Positions 36,311-53,274 of a DNA stretch of 64,000 nucleotides are shown in pieces. The stretch spans positions 384,001 through 448,000 of the forward strand of contig JASGJN010000020.1 in NCBI GenBank assembly GCA_049840735.1. Direction: 5' to 3'. Within the stretch, counting starts at the first letter, position 1; every line of letters starts with the position of its first letter. The stretch is from Anaeromyxobacter sp. (GTDB lineage: Bacteria; Myxococcota; Myxococcia; Myxococcales; Anaeromyxobacteraceae). The notes below the pieces were generated by a model that did not search any database, was not told the DNA's origin, and was given only the letters and a program-made list of their open reading frames with translations. The position numbers and the translations under genes are program-made.

Positions 36311-37384
36311 ATGCAGCAGACCGAGAACCTGAACGTCGTCGCCGTCGATGTCATGCCTTCGCCTGACGAGGTGAAGGCGCGTGTCCCACTCACCGAGCGT
36401 GCAGCCCGGACCGTCCTGGAGGGCCGCCGGGCCCTGGAGGCCGTGCTCGACGGCCGCGACCGCCGGCTCTTCGTGGTGGTGGGCCCCTGCTCCATCCACG
36501 ACCCGGTGGCCGGCCTGGACTACGCCCGCCGGCTCCGGGGGCTGGCCGAGGAGGTGTCGGATACGCTCCTCCTCGTCATGCGGGTGTACTTCGAGAAGCC
36601 GCGCACCTCGGTCGGCTGGAAGGGGTTCATCAACGACCCCCGCATGGACGACTCCTTCCGCATCGACGAGGGGATGGAGCGCGCGCGCCAGTTCCTGCTC
36701 GACGTCAACGAGCTGGGGCTGCCGGCCGCCACCGAGGCGCTCGACCCAATCGCGCCGCAGTACTACGGCGACCTCATCTCCTGGACCGCCATCGGCGCCC
36801 GCACGTCGGAGTCCCAGACCCACCGCGAGATGTCCTCCGGCCTCTCCTCGCCGGTGGGCTTCAAGAACGGCACCGACGGCGACCTGGACGCCGCCGTCAA
36901 CGCCATCCTCTCCGCGCAGCAGCCGCACGCTTTCCTGGGCATCAACGGCCAGGGGCGCGGGGCCGTGATCCGCACCCGCGGCAACCGCTACGGCCACGTG
37001 GTCCTGCGCGGCGGCGGCGGGCGCCCCAACTACGACACCGTCTCCATCTCGCTGGCGGAGGAGGCCCTGACGCGGGCCAAGCTCCCGCGCAACGTGGTGG
37101 TGGACTGCTCCCACGCCAACTCCTGGAAGAAGCCGGAGCTGCAGCCGCTGGTGATGCGCGACGTGATCCACCAGATCCGCGAGGGGAACCGGTCGCTGGT
37201 GGGTTTGATGGTGGAGAGCTTCCTCGAGGCCGGCAGCCAGCCGCTGCCCGCCGACCGCACGCAGCTGCGCTACGGCTGCTCCATCACCGACGCCTGCGTC
37301 GGCTGGGACACCACGGTGGAGATGATCCGCGGCGCCGCCGACGTGCTGCGCCCCATCCTGCCCGGGCGCGAGCGGAGGCCGTAG
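36311..37384 (+). CDS. aroG: 3-deoxy-7-phosphoheptulonate (DAHP) synthase, class I (AroF/G/H type)
   Basis: GPCSIHD, RVYFEKPRT..GWKG, IGARTSESQTHRE, GFKNGTDG, DCSHANS, SITDAC. Confidence 0.95.
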   Translation: MQQTENLNVVAVDVMPSPDEVKARVPLTERAARTVLEGRRALEAVLDGRDRRLFVVVGPCSIHDPVAGLDYARRLRGLAEEVSDTLLLVMRVYFEKPRTSVGWKGFINDPRMDDSFRIDEGMERARQFLLDVNELGLPAATEALDPIAPQYYGDLISWTAIGARTSESQTHREMSSGLSSPVGFKNGTDGDLDAAVNAILSAQQPHAFLGINGQGRGAVIRTRGNRYGHVVLRGGGGRPNYDTVSISLAEEALTRAKLPRNVVVDCSHANSWKKPELQPLVMRDVIHQIREGNRSLVGLMVESFLEAGSQPLPADRTQLRYGCSITDACVGWDTTVEMIRGAADVLRPILPGRERRP

Positions 37385-37411
37385 CGGGGCAGGCAGCCGG
37401 GCTTTCCTCGG

Positions 37412-37552
37412 CCCCTGGCCTTCGACTCCGTTCACCCTCGGGCGTAGCGCCCGCGCAGCGGGCGCGGAGTCGAAGGGCTCAGGCCGAACGGACCCGAACC
37501 AACCGTTCGCCCTGAGCGTAGCCGCGGCGGCGCCGCGGCGAAGTCGAAGGGC
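37412..37552. repeat. REP-like palindromic dimer with a nested third unit
   Basis: Reverse-complement relative of 1271-1379, between convergent aroG and glgB. Confidence 0.8.
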
Positions 37553-37587
37553 AGGGCCGGAGCGGCCCTGCCCTGCCCTGCCCTGCC

Positions 37588-39516
<1,929 letters not shown>

Positions 39517-39829
39517 GGACCACACCCATAGCACCGTCCCGGCGGCGAGGCGTGCGCGGAGCGCGGCCCTCCCCGTCCCTGGCCGCGGGGACGGCGAGGC
39601 GCCCTCTCGCCCCGTGAACGGGTGAACGCCCTCCCGACCCCGCCGGTCAGCTCCGACCCGCCGCGCAAGGCCTGGCAGATACGTCTCCAGGCGGCCCGAT
39701 CCCCCCATACCGAGGGTGTCCGCAGCCCCAGGCCCCGGAGCGGGGCCGATATCGCGCAACCCTGCGATGACACTGTGGGTTGCTGCTCCGGCGACGCGCT
39801 GGCCCGGCCCTCGCTCATGGGCGGCGGGC

Positions 39830-40497
39830 ATGAACGGAACGCAACGACTGCTCGCCGCCGCACTCGCGCTGGCCGCCGCCTGCTGCGCCGTCCTGGGCCC
39901 GTCCGGCGAGAACCGCCTCGGCCTCCACGCTCCGCGCCACGCTCCACCGCGCCGAGCCGGGCCGGGCCGCGCCGCCCTGGCTGGAAGACCTGGTCTGCGC
40001 CCGCGCCGCGGCGCTGGGCGAGCGGTGCACCGCGCTGGCCTCCGCCATCGCCGAGGAGGCCGCCGCCGCGCAGCTCGAATCCGGCCCGCGTGCTGGCCAT
40101 CATCGAGGTCGAGTCCGGCTGGGACGCCGGCGCGGTCTCGAGCAAGGACGCGCGCGGCCTGATGCAGCTGCGGCGGCCGGCGCTGGACGGCGAGGCGGCC
40201 GGCGCCGCCCTGCCCTCCGCCGATGCGCACAATCCGCTGGTGAACGTCCGGGCCGGCGTCCGCTACTACGCGCGGCTGGTCCGCCGCTTCCAGGATCCCG
40301 AGCTGGCGCTCATCGCCTACAACGCGGGCCCGGAGCGGCTGGCCGGCTACCTCCTGGCCGAGCAGGGCGTGCCGGAGCGGTTCTGGGAGTACCCGCGCCG
40401 CGTCCACCGCGAGGAGCGGCGGCTGCGGACGCGGCTCGACGGCGCCCGCCCCCGGCCGCGGGTGGCGCTGGCCGGGGAGGCGGCGCGGGCGCTCTGA
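39830..40497 (+). CDS. Lytic transglycosylase (SLT domain), two apparent frameshifts (about 39910 and 40077)
   Basis: Signal-like N-terminus; IIEVESGW...[29 protein letters not shown]. Confidence 0.8.
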
Positions 40498-40530
40498 GGG
40501 ATCGCGACCGCCCTGATCACGACCGGTCGC

Positions 40531-41646
40531 TCACCCGATCAGCGCCTTGGGGTCGCGGTACGGCAGCCCCAGGCTCTCCGCCACCGGCGCGCAGGTGATT
40601 TGCCCGGCGCAGGTGTTGAGGCCGGCCAGGAAGCCCGGGTCGGAGCCGAGCGCGGCGCGCAGCCCCTGGCTGGCCAGCTTGAGCGCGTAGGGGAGCGTGG
40701 CGTTGGTGAGCGCCAGCGTGGAGGTGCGCGGCAGCGCCCCCGGCATGTTGGCCACGGCGTAGTGGAGCACGCCGTCCACGAAGTAGACCGGATCGGCGTG
40801 GGTGGTGGGGCGGGTGGTCTCGACGCAGCCGCCCTGATCGACCGCCACGTCCACGATCACGCTGCCCGGCTTCATGCCCTTGAGCATCCGGCGGGTCACC
40901 AGCCGCGGCGCCGACGCGCCGGGGATGAGCACCGCGCCGATGACCAGGTCGGCGTGGGCCAGCGCGGCCTCGACGTGGGCCTCGTTGCTCCAGAGCGTCT
41001 CGATCCGGTTGCCGAAGATGTCGTCGAGGTAGCGCAGCGTGGGCAGGCTGCGGTCGAGCGCGGTGACGCGGGCGCCCATGCCGGCCGCGACCTTGATGGC
41101 GTTCATGCCCACCACGCCGGCGCCCAGCACCACCACGTGGGCCGGCGGCACGCCGGGCACGCCGCCCAGCAGCATGCCGCGTCCGCCGTTGGGCTGCTGC
41201 AGGTAGAACGCGCCCACGTGGGCGGCCATGCGCCCGGCCACCTCGGACATGGGCGTGAGCAGCGGCAGCCGGCCCGACACGTCCAGGATGGTCTCGTAGG
41301 CGATGCCGGTCACGCCGCGCTCGAGCAGCCCCTTCGCCTGGGCCGGGTCGGGCGCCAGGTGCAGGTAGGTGAACAGGATCTGCCCCTCGCGCAGCAGGGC
41401 GATCTCCGCCGGCTGCGGCTCCTTCACCTTGATGACCAGCTCCGCCTGCGCGAACACCTCCGCGGCGGGCGCCACGATCCGCGCGCCGACCTGGAGGTAC
41501 TCGGCGTCGGGGAACCCGCTCCGCTCGCCGGCGCCGGCCTCGACCAGCACCTCGTGGCCGGCCGACACCAGCGACCGGGCGCCGGCCGGGGTGAGGCCGA
41601 CGCGGTTCTCGTTGTTCTTGATCTCCTTGGGGCAGCCGACGCGCAT
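40531..41646 (-). CDS. ald: Alanine dehydrogenase
   Basis: [54 protein letters not shown]. Confidence 0.97.
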   Translation of the reverse strand: MRVGCPKEIKNNENRVGLTPAGARSLVSAGHEVLVEAGAGERSGFPDAEYLQVGARIVAPAAEVFAQAELVIKVKEPQPAEIALLREGQILFTYLHLAPDPAQAKGLLERGVTGIAYETILDVSGRLPLLTPMSEVAGRMAAHVGAFYLQQPNGGRGMLLGGVPGVPPAHVVVLGAGVVGMNAIKVAAGMGARVTALDRSLPTLRYLDDIFGNRIETLWSNEAHVEAALAHADLVIGAVLIPGASAPRLVTRRMLKGMKPGSVIVDVAVDQGGCVETTRPTTHADPVYFVDGVLHYAVANMPGALPRTSTLALTNATLPYALKLASQGLRAALGSDPGFLAGLNTCAGQITCAPVAESLGLPYRDPKALIG

Positions 41647-41797
41647 GGAGAGGCTCCGGAGGGCAGGCGGGTGAGGCAGCGGGCCTCTGCTAAGCCTGGC
41701 CCCCCGGCTTGTCCAGCCTTTCCCGGCCCCTACAGGTTTCTGCGGAGGGCCGGGGTGGTTCGACCGGCCACCTGCGGTCCCCAGGGCCCGGGCGCGC

Positions 41798-42754
41798 TCA
41801 AAACAGGAGCGGCGCCGACACCACCACCTGCAGCCCCCGGACGTCCTCGGTGAGCCCCACCGCCACGTCCAGCTGCAGGTCGGCGCGGCTGCTGGCCAGC
41901 GCGCCCACCCCGGCGCGCAGCCAGACCGCGGTGCGGGCGGTGTCGGCCACCGTGGCGTGCTCCAGCCGGACGTCCGGGCTCCAGGCGGCGTCCACGCCCA
42001 GCGAGAACGCCAGCGCGGGCGTGGCCGCCACGCTGGCCCCCAGCGCGCCGCCCACGGTCCAGCCAGGCTCGAGCCAGCCGGCCGAGGTCCAGCGCGACAC
42101 GCCATGGGCGCCGGTCCCGGCCACCCGCAGCGCCACCGGCGCCAGGGCCTGGACCAGCGCCACGGTCCCCCCGAACCGCTCGATCCCCTCCCCCAGCGCC
42201 ACCTCCGCCGGATCGGTGTCGAGCAGCGAAGCGCCGGTCCGCGCCTGCCAGAAGCCGGTCAGCAGCACGTCCGGGAAGGCCTGGCCCGCCACCGGGTTCC
42301 AGGAGAGCGCGGTCCGGACGTCGCCCAGGCCGCTCGCCTCCTGGCGCTCGCTCCCGGGCAGCCCAGTCAGCGTCTGGCGCAGCCACGCGAACGGCACGCG
42401 CACCTCGGCCTGCAGCCGCATGGGCAGCCCCAGCCGCGCGATCAAGGCGGCGGTCCCGCGATCGGAGTCCTGCTCCACCAGCGCCAGCCCACCCCCCGAC
42501 GGCGCGAGCGTGGTGCCCTGGTCGTGCGCGTAGCCCAGCTCCGGCGCCAGCTCCAGCCGCAGCGGCGGGAGCAGGAGGCCGCCCAGCTCCACCAGCTGGC
42601 GCTCCTGGGCGGTGGGCGGCCGCTCCAGGCCGGGCGGCAGCACCCGCGGCGCCCCGGCGCCCTGCTGGGCGCGCGCGACCGCGGGGGCGCTCCCCACGGC
42701 GAGGAGCAGCAGGGCGGCGATCGCGCGGGCGCTCACGCGGGAGAAGCTGGGCAT
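41798..42754 (-). CDS. Putative outer-membrane beta-barrel 'transporter' (MetA-pathway-like family)
   Basis: Signal peptide, GLGDV motif, amphipathic strands, terminal Phe. Confidence 0.6.
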   Translation of the reverse strand: MPSFSRVSARAIAALLLLAVGSAPAVARAQQGAGAPRVLPPGLERPPTAQERQLVELGGLLLPPLRLELAPELGYAHDQGTTLAPSGGGLALVEQDSDRGTAALIARLGLPMRLQAEVRVPFAWLRQTLTGLPGSERQEASGLGDVRTALSWNPVAGQAFPDVLLTGFWQARTGASLLDTDPAEVALGEGIERFGGTVALVQALAPVALRVAGTGAHGVSRWTSAGWLEPGWTVGGALGASVAATPALAFSLGVDAAWSPDVRLEHATVADTARTAVWLRAGVGALASSRADLQLDVAVGLTEDVRGLQVVVSAPLLF

Positions 42755-42942
42755 GGCGGGCGCGGCGAGGCCTGGCCCCTGGCTCGCCGGGACGGCAGGC
42801 CGGCGGTCGGGATCGCGGGGAGGACGTCCCTGGCCGCGTGCCCGATCGCCGAGCGGCGATTCGAGCCCTGGTCCCCAACCCCGGCGGCCCCCGCCGCGGC
42901 GGCCTCGTGGCCAGCTTGTGGCTTGCCGCCCCGGCGGCCGCC

Positions 42943-45177
<2,235 letters not shown>

Positions 45178-45231
45178 GCCCTGCGGGGCGACCAGCCCGG
45201 GGCCGCGCGCACCGCCCCAGGCGGCCCCACC

Positions 45232-46644
45232 TTGGCGCCCGTGCTCGCGCTGGCCCTCTGCGCCGTCCCCCTCGCGGTGGCCGCCCTGGCGGTCGCCGCG
45301 GCCCGCCCGCTGGGGCGCCCGGAGCGGGCCGTGATCGGCGGCGGGCTGCTGGTGGCCGCGTCCTCGGCGCTGCTCGCGCCGCAGCTCCCGCTCCACGACG
45401 CCTGGGCCCACTACCAGCACCTGCGGGCGGCGCTGGCCGAGCCGGCCCGCCTCCTCGACCCGTGGGACCGGCCTGGGTTCACGCTGGTGTACGCCGGGCC
45501 GGCCGCGCTGGGCTGGACCGCCGCCCGGCTGGCCAGCCTGGCCCCGGCCGCGCTGGCCGCGGTGGCCACCGCCCGCGCCGCCCGGGCGCTGGGGCTGCCG
45601 CGGCCCTGGCTGGTCGCGCTGCTCCTGCTGGCGCAGCCCGACGTCCTGGGCCAGGCCTCCTCCACCATGACCGAGCTGCCCGCGGCCGCGGCGCTTGCGG
45701 TGGCGGCCTGGGGCTGGGCCGAGCGGCGCAGCGGGCTCTGCGCCGCGGGGCTGGGCTGGCTGGGCGTGGCACGGCCGGAGGGCGCGCTGCTGGCGGGGCT
45801 GGGCGCGCTGGGGCTCTGGCTGCGCCCCCCCGCGTCGGGCGAGCCGCGGGTGCCGCCGCCGCGGCGGCTGGCTCCGGCCGCGCTGGCGCTGGCCCCGCTC
45901 CTGCTCCACGCCGCGGTGGGCGGCGCGCTGGCCGGCGATCCGCTCTGGATCGTCCGGGCCAACCCGTACCGCGGGCTGGTGGGGCTGCGGCTGGAGGCGG
46001 CGCAGGTGCTGGACAGCTTCTTCGTGGAGGCGCTCCGGCGCGGCCAGCCGCCGGCGCTGCTGGTCCTGGAGGCGGCCGGGGCGGCGGCGGCGCTGGCGGG
46101 CGCGCCCCCGCGCTGCCGGTTCCTGCTGCCGCCGCTGGCCGCCTGCGCGCTGGTGCTGACCTTCGCCCGCATCGGCCCCAGCGACGACTGGCGCGAGAGC
46201 CGGTACCTGGTGGCGGTGGCGCCGGCGCTGGCGCTGCTGGCGGCCGAGGGGCTGCCGGCGCTGCTCGCGCGCCTCCCGCGGCTGGCGCCGCCGCTCCTCC
46301 TGGCGCTGGCGGCGCACGGCGCGGCGGGGCTGCTCCTCTGGCACTGGCGCTTCGGGCCGGGATCGCTGCCCGGCGCCGGGCCGGCGCTGGTGGCGCTGCT
46401 GCTGGCCGCTGCGCTGGCGCTGTGGCGCGCGCCCCGGCTCGTCCCGCTCCCCTGCGCGCTGGCGCTGCTGCTGATCCTGCCGGTCGCCGCCGCGCCACCG
46501 GGCGCGCTGGCCCGCCACCGGCTGGAGCCGGATCGCCCGCGGGGCGTGCCGCGCTGGAGCACGCCGCCGCCGGGCGCACGCCGGGTGGGCGAGCCGCCGA
46601 CCCGGCCGCACGCGCGGCCTTCCGCCACGCTCCGAGAGGGATGA
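45232..46644 (+). CDS. Polytopic membrane protein, possibly GT-C-fold glycosyltransferase
   Basis: Many TM helices, loop HD..H, MTELP, ARPEG and late RYL motifs reminiscent of ArnT/PMT-like enzymes. Confidence 0.55.
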   Translation: MAPVLALALCAVPLAVAALAVAAARPLGRPERAVIGGGLLVAASSALLAPQLPLHDAWAHYQHLRAALAEPARLLDPWDRPGFTLVYAGPAALGWTAARLASLAPAALAAVATARAARALGLPRPWLVALLLLAQPDVLGQASSTMTELPAAAALAVAAWGWAERRSGLCAAGLGWLGVARPEGALLAGLGALGLWLRPPASGEPRVPPPRRLAPAALALAPLLLHAAVGGALAGDPLWIVRANPYRGLVGLRLEAAQVLDSFFVEALRRGQPPALLVLEAAGAAAALAGAPPRCRFLLPPLAACALVLTFARIGPSDDWRESRYLVAVAPALALLAAEGLPALLARLPRLAPPLLLALAAHGAAGLLLWHWRFGPGSLPGAGPALVALLLAAALALWRAPRLVPLPCALALLLILPVAAAPPGALARHRLEPDRPRGVPRWSTPPPGARRVGEPPTRPHARPSATLREG

Positions 46645-46833
46645 ACGGTTGGTGAACGGATCCCGGGGGCCCCCTCCGCCGTGCGGCGGGACACCCCGGC
46701 GCGCGTCCGACGCGGCGCGGCTAGGGCGGAAAAACCGCCGCGAACTCCAAACGATCGTTTGCCGAGCGAGGGCCGCCTGGTTAAACGTGCGGCACCCCGA
46801 AACCGACCGCGAGAGCGAGACGAGAGCGCACGA

Positions 46834-49491
<2,658 letters not shown>

Positions 49492-49510
49492 CGCGCGGGG
49501 AACCGACAAG

Positions 49511-51163
49511 ATGAGCACCATCGAGGTGAAGATCCCCGCCATCGGGGACTACAAGGACGTCCCGGTCATCGAGGTCCTGGTGAAGCCGGGCGACGCCGTG
49601 AAGGCCAACGACTCGATCCTGACGCTCGAGTCGGAGAAGGCCACCATGGACGTCCCCGCGCCCGCCCAGGGCGTGGTGCGCGAGCTCCGCGTCAAGGTGG
49701 GCGACCGGGTCGGCGAGGGCGCCATCGTGGCGCTGCTGGAGCCGGGCGACGGCGCCGCGCGCGCGGCCCCGCCGGCGGCCCCCGCGGCCCAGAAGGCGGC
49801 GCCCACCGCCGCCCCTGCCCCGGCCCCCGCGCCGGCGGCCCCGGCGGCCGCCAGGCCCGCGGCGGCCGCCGCCTCCCAGCGGCTGGAGGTCGTGGTCCCG
49901 AGCATCGGCGACTACAAGGACGTGCCGGTGATCGAGGTGCACGTCGCGCCCGGCGCCACCGTCGACGTCAACGGCCCGCTCCTCACGCTGGAGTCGGAGA
50001 AGGCCACCATGGACGTGCCCGCGCCGGCCAAGGGCGTGGTGCGCGAGGTGCTGGTCAAGGTCGGCGACCGCGTGGGCGAGGGGCGCGTGGTGGTGGTGCT
50101 GGAGACCGCCGGAGCGCCCGCCGCGGCCCCGGCCCCCAGCGCGCCGCCCCCGGCCGCTCCGGCGCCGCAGCCTGCAGCCCAGGCGGCCCCGGCCGCCCCG
50201 CGCCCGCCGCCCTCCGCCCGCGCCGACCGCGCGCCGGCCGCGGAGGCCGAGGGCGGCCGCAAGATCACCCACGCCTCGCCCTCGGTCCGCAAGTTCGCCC
50301 GCGAGCTGGGCGTGGACCTGGCGCAGGTGGACGGCTCCGGCCCGCGCGGCCGCGTGGTCCGCGAGGACGTGCAGAAGTTCGTGAAGGAGAGCCTCTCCGG
50401 CGCCCGCCCCGGCGCCGGCGGCGGCGCGGGGCTGGACCTCCTGCCCTGGCCCAAGGTGGACTTCGCGAAGTTCGGGCCGGTGGAGAGCCAGCCGCTCTCG
50501 CGCATCAAGAAGCTCTCCCGCGCCAATCTCTGGCGCAACTGGGTGATGATCCCGCACGTCACCCAGCACGAGGAGGCCGACATCACCGACCTCGAGGCCT
50601 TCCGCGTGGAGCTGAACCGCGAGGCCGCGAAGGAGGGCACCAAGCTCACGCTGCTGGCCTTCGCGGTGAAGGCGGTGGTGGCCGCGCTCCGGAAGTACCC
50701 GGAGTTCAACGCCTCGCTGGACGGCGACCAGCTGGTCCTCAAGCGCTACTTCAACATCGGCTTCGCGGCCGACACGCCCAGCGGCCTGGTGGTCCCGGTC
50801 ATCAAGAACGCCGACCAGAAGGGCGTGCTGGAGATCGCCCGCGAGATGGGCGAGCTCGCGGCGAAGGCGCGCGAGGGCAAGCTGCGCGGCGAGGACATGC
50901 AGGGCGGCTGCTTCTCCATCTCCAGCCTGGGCGGCATCGGCGGCACGTTCTTCACGCCCATCATCAACGCGCCCGAGGTGGCCATCCTGGGCCTGTCCCG
51001 GTCCACCACCAAGCCGGTGTGGGACGGCGAGAAGTTCCAGCCGCGGCTGACGCTGCCGCTCTCGCTCTCCTACGACCACCGCGTCATCGACGGCGCGGCC
51101 GCCGCCCGCTTCGTCACCTACCTGGGCAACGTCCTCAAGGACATGCGCCGGGCCATGCTGTAG
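49511..51163 (+). CDS. aceF: Dihydrolipoamide acetyltransferase E2 with two lipoyl domains
   Basis: Two LESEKATMDVP lipoyl motifs, HASPSVRKFARE binding domain, DHRVIDG. Confidence 0.96.
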   Translation: MSTIEVKIPAIGDYKDVPVIEVLVKPGDAVKANDSILTLESEKATMDVPAPAQGVVRELRVKVGDRVGEGAIVALLEPGDGAARAAPPAAPAAQKAAPTAAPAPAPAPAAPAAARPAAAAASQRLEVVVPSIGDYKDVPVIEVHVAPGATVDVNGPLLTLESEKATMDVPAPAKGVVREVLVKVGDRVGEGRVVVVLETAGAPAAAPAPSAPPPAAPAPQPAAQAAPAAPRPPPSARADRAPAAEAEGGRKITHASPSVRKFARELGVDLAQVDGSGPRGRVVREDVQKFVKESLSGARPGAGGGAGLDLLPWPKVDFAKFGPVESQPLSRIKKLSRANLWRNWVMIPHVTQHEEADITDLEAFRVELNREAAKEGTKLTLLAFAVKAVVAALRKYPEFNASLDGDQLVLKRYFNIGFAADTPSGLVVPVIKNADQKGVLEIAREMGELAAKAREGKLRGEDMQGGCFSISSLGGIGGTFFTPIINAPEVAILGLSRSTTKPVWDGEKFQPRLTLPLSLSYDHRVIDGAAAARFVTYLGNVLKDMRRAML

Positions 51164-51306
51164 CGCGCCTCCGTCCGCCCGCCCGTGTTCACCCACGGGC
51201 GGGCGCGACCAGAGGCCGCGCCCGTGTCACGGCCGAACCGGTCCAGTGTCTCTCCCTGGATGCCTCCCTGCCCGCCACCCCCGGCGCCGCCGCGTCGCCG
51301 CGCGCC

Positions 51307-52854
51307 ATGATCCCAACCCCCTTCTCCTCCGCGCCGCTCGCCGAGCGCCGCGCCGGCCTGCTGCTCCACCCCAGCTCGCTCCCCGGGCCGCACGGTACGG
51401 GCGACCTGGGCCCGTGGGCTCGCCGCTTCCTCGACTGGGCGGCCGGCGCCGGGGCGACGCTCTGGCAGGTGCTGCCGCTCTGCCCGCCGGGCGGCCCCTA
51501 CGCCGACTGCCCCTACGCCAGCTGGTCGGCCCTGGCGGGGAACCCCGCCCTGCTCTCGCTGGAGGACCTCCAGGCCGACGGGCTGCTCGAGGCCGGCGAC
51601 CTGGCCGGCGCCTTCCCCGAGGGGACGCTGGACGTGGGCGACGGGCGCGCGTGGAAGGCGGCGCGCCTGGCCCGCGCCGCCGACCGGCTGCTGGCCGATC
51701 CGCGCCACCCGCTGGCGCCGGCGCTGGCCCGGTTCCGCGCCGGCGCCGCCTGGGCGGAGGACACCGCGCTCTTCGCCGCGCTCAAGGCCCACCACGGCGG
51801 CGCGCCCTGGTGGCGCTGGGAGCGGCCGCTGCGGGATCGCGCCCCGGCCGCGCTGCGCGAGGCCCACCGCGAGCTGGCGGCGGAGGTGGACCGCGAGGTG
51901 GCGCTGCAGTTCCTGTTCGAGCGGCAGTGGGCGGCGCTGCGCGCCCACGCCCGCGCCCGCGGGATCCGCGTCCTGGGCGACGTGCCCATCTACGTGCTGC
52001 ACGACAGCGCCGACGTCTGGGCCGCGCCGGCCGGGTTCCGGCTGGCCGAGGACGGCACGCTGCTGGCCGTGAGCGGGTGCCCGCCGGACGAGTTCACCGC
52101 CGACGGGCAGCTCTGGGGAGGCCCCATCTACGACTGGGAGCGGATGGCGGCGGACGACTTCGGCTGGTGGCGCGCCCGCCTGGCGCGCGCGCTCGAGCAC
52201 GCCGACGTGGTCCGGATCGACCACTTCCGCGCGCTGGCGGCGCACTGGGAGATCCCGGCCGGCGCGCGCACGGCGCGCGAGGGGCGGTGGGTGGGCGGCC
52301 CGGGGCTGCGGCTGTTCCAGGCGCTGGCGCGCCACCTCGGCCCGCTCCCGCTCTGCGTGGAGGACCTGGGCGCCATCGACGACGAGGTCATCGCGCTGCG
52401 CGAGGCCACCGGCTTCCCGGGCATGCGCATCCTGCACTACGCGTTCGGCGGCGGCCCGGACAACCCGCACCTGCCGCACAACCACCCCGAGAACGCCATC
52501 GCCTACCCGGCCAACCACGACAACGACACCACCACCGGCTGGTGGAGCACGCTGGCGCCGCACACCCGGGCCCACGCGCAGCTCTACCTGGGCCGGCACG
52601 GCGACGACATCGCCTGGGACCTCGTCCGCGCCGCGCTGGCCTCGCCGGCGCGCACCGCGGTGGTGCAGGTGCAGGATCTCCTGGCGCTGGGGAGCGAGGC
52701 GCGCATGAACGAGCCAGCCTCGTACGCGCGCCCCATGGAGACCTGGCGCAACTGGCGCTGGCGGCTGCGGCCCGAGCAGCTGGACGGGTTCGCTGCCCGG
52801 CGGTTCAGGCAGCTGGCGGCGCTCTACGGGCGCCTTCCGCCCGGCCAGGGCTGA
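51307..52854 (+). CDS. malQ: 4-alpha-glucanotransferase (amylomaltase)
   Basis: GLLLHPSSLP, WQVLPL, GDVPIYV, GCPPDEF...GQLWG, RIDHFR, EDLG, HDNDT. Confidence 0.95.
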   Translation: MIPTPFSSAPLAERRAGLLLHPSSLPGPHGTGDLGPWARRFLDWAAGAGATLWQVLPLCPPGGPYADCPYASWSALAGNPALLSLEDLQADGLLEAGDLAGAFPEGTLDVGDGRAWKAARLARAADRLLADPRHPLAPALARFRAGAAWAEDTALFAALKAHHGGAPWWRWERPLRDRAPAALREAHRELAAEVDREVALQFLFERQWAALRAHARARGIRVLGDVPIYVLHDSADVWAAPAGFRLAEDGTLLAVSGCPPDEFTADGQLWGGPIYDWERMAADDFGWWRARLARALEHADVVRIDHFRALAAHWEIPAGARTAREGRWVGGPGLRLFQALARHLGPLPLCVEDLGAIDDEVIALREATGFPGMRILHYAFGGGPDNPHLPHNHPENAIAYPANHDNDTTTGWWSTLAPHTRAHAQLYLGRHGDDIAWDLVRAALASPARTAVVQVQDLLALGSEARMNEPASYARPMETWRNWRWRLRPEQLDGFAARRFRQLAALYGRLPPGQG

Positions 52855-53274
52855 CCTTCACCTACATCGAGACCGTCAGAATCCCTGCGCGCAATCGTCG
52901 CGCGCCCGATCGCGCGCGCGCAAAGCTGGCGCACCCTGGCTGGTGGGGTCTGCGGACTGGGTGAAATGCCCCACCGCTGGCTGGTGCAACCGCTGCGCAG
53001 GCGCCGGGTGATCCCACCCACCGGGCCCGGGGGGCTGATCCGCTCAACCCTCCGGTATCGCTCCTGACCGTCCGTCCGGGCGCCGATCGAACGTCGGGCT
53101 GCACGTGCCCCCGCCCCCCATGTGAGGGACGCTGCGTCAAAGAAGCCGCCCGCCGCTGATGCCCGACCGACCCGGGGAGCCGGGCCCGCCTCGGGTTGGC
53201 TTCGTTCTTCCATACCGCCCGCGGGTCAAGGGAGCAGACCTGCTCCGAAACGACTGGCGGGAGACGAGGGAAAG

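Noticed and set aside
39800..39815. Sigma-54-like TGGCCCGGCCCTCGCT before the transglycosylase
   Set aside because: Weak -12 element, very close to the start codon, and plausible by chance at this GC content
52855..53274. Cyclic dinucleotide riboswitch before the decaheme cytochrome
   Set aside because: No recognisable GEMM core by eye; needs an Rfam scan
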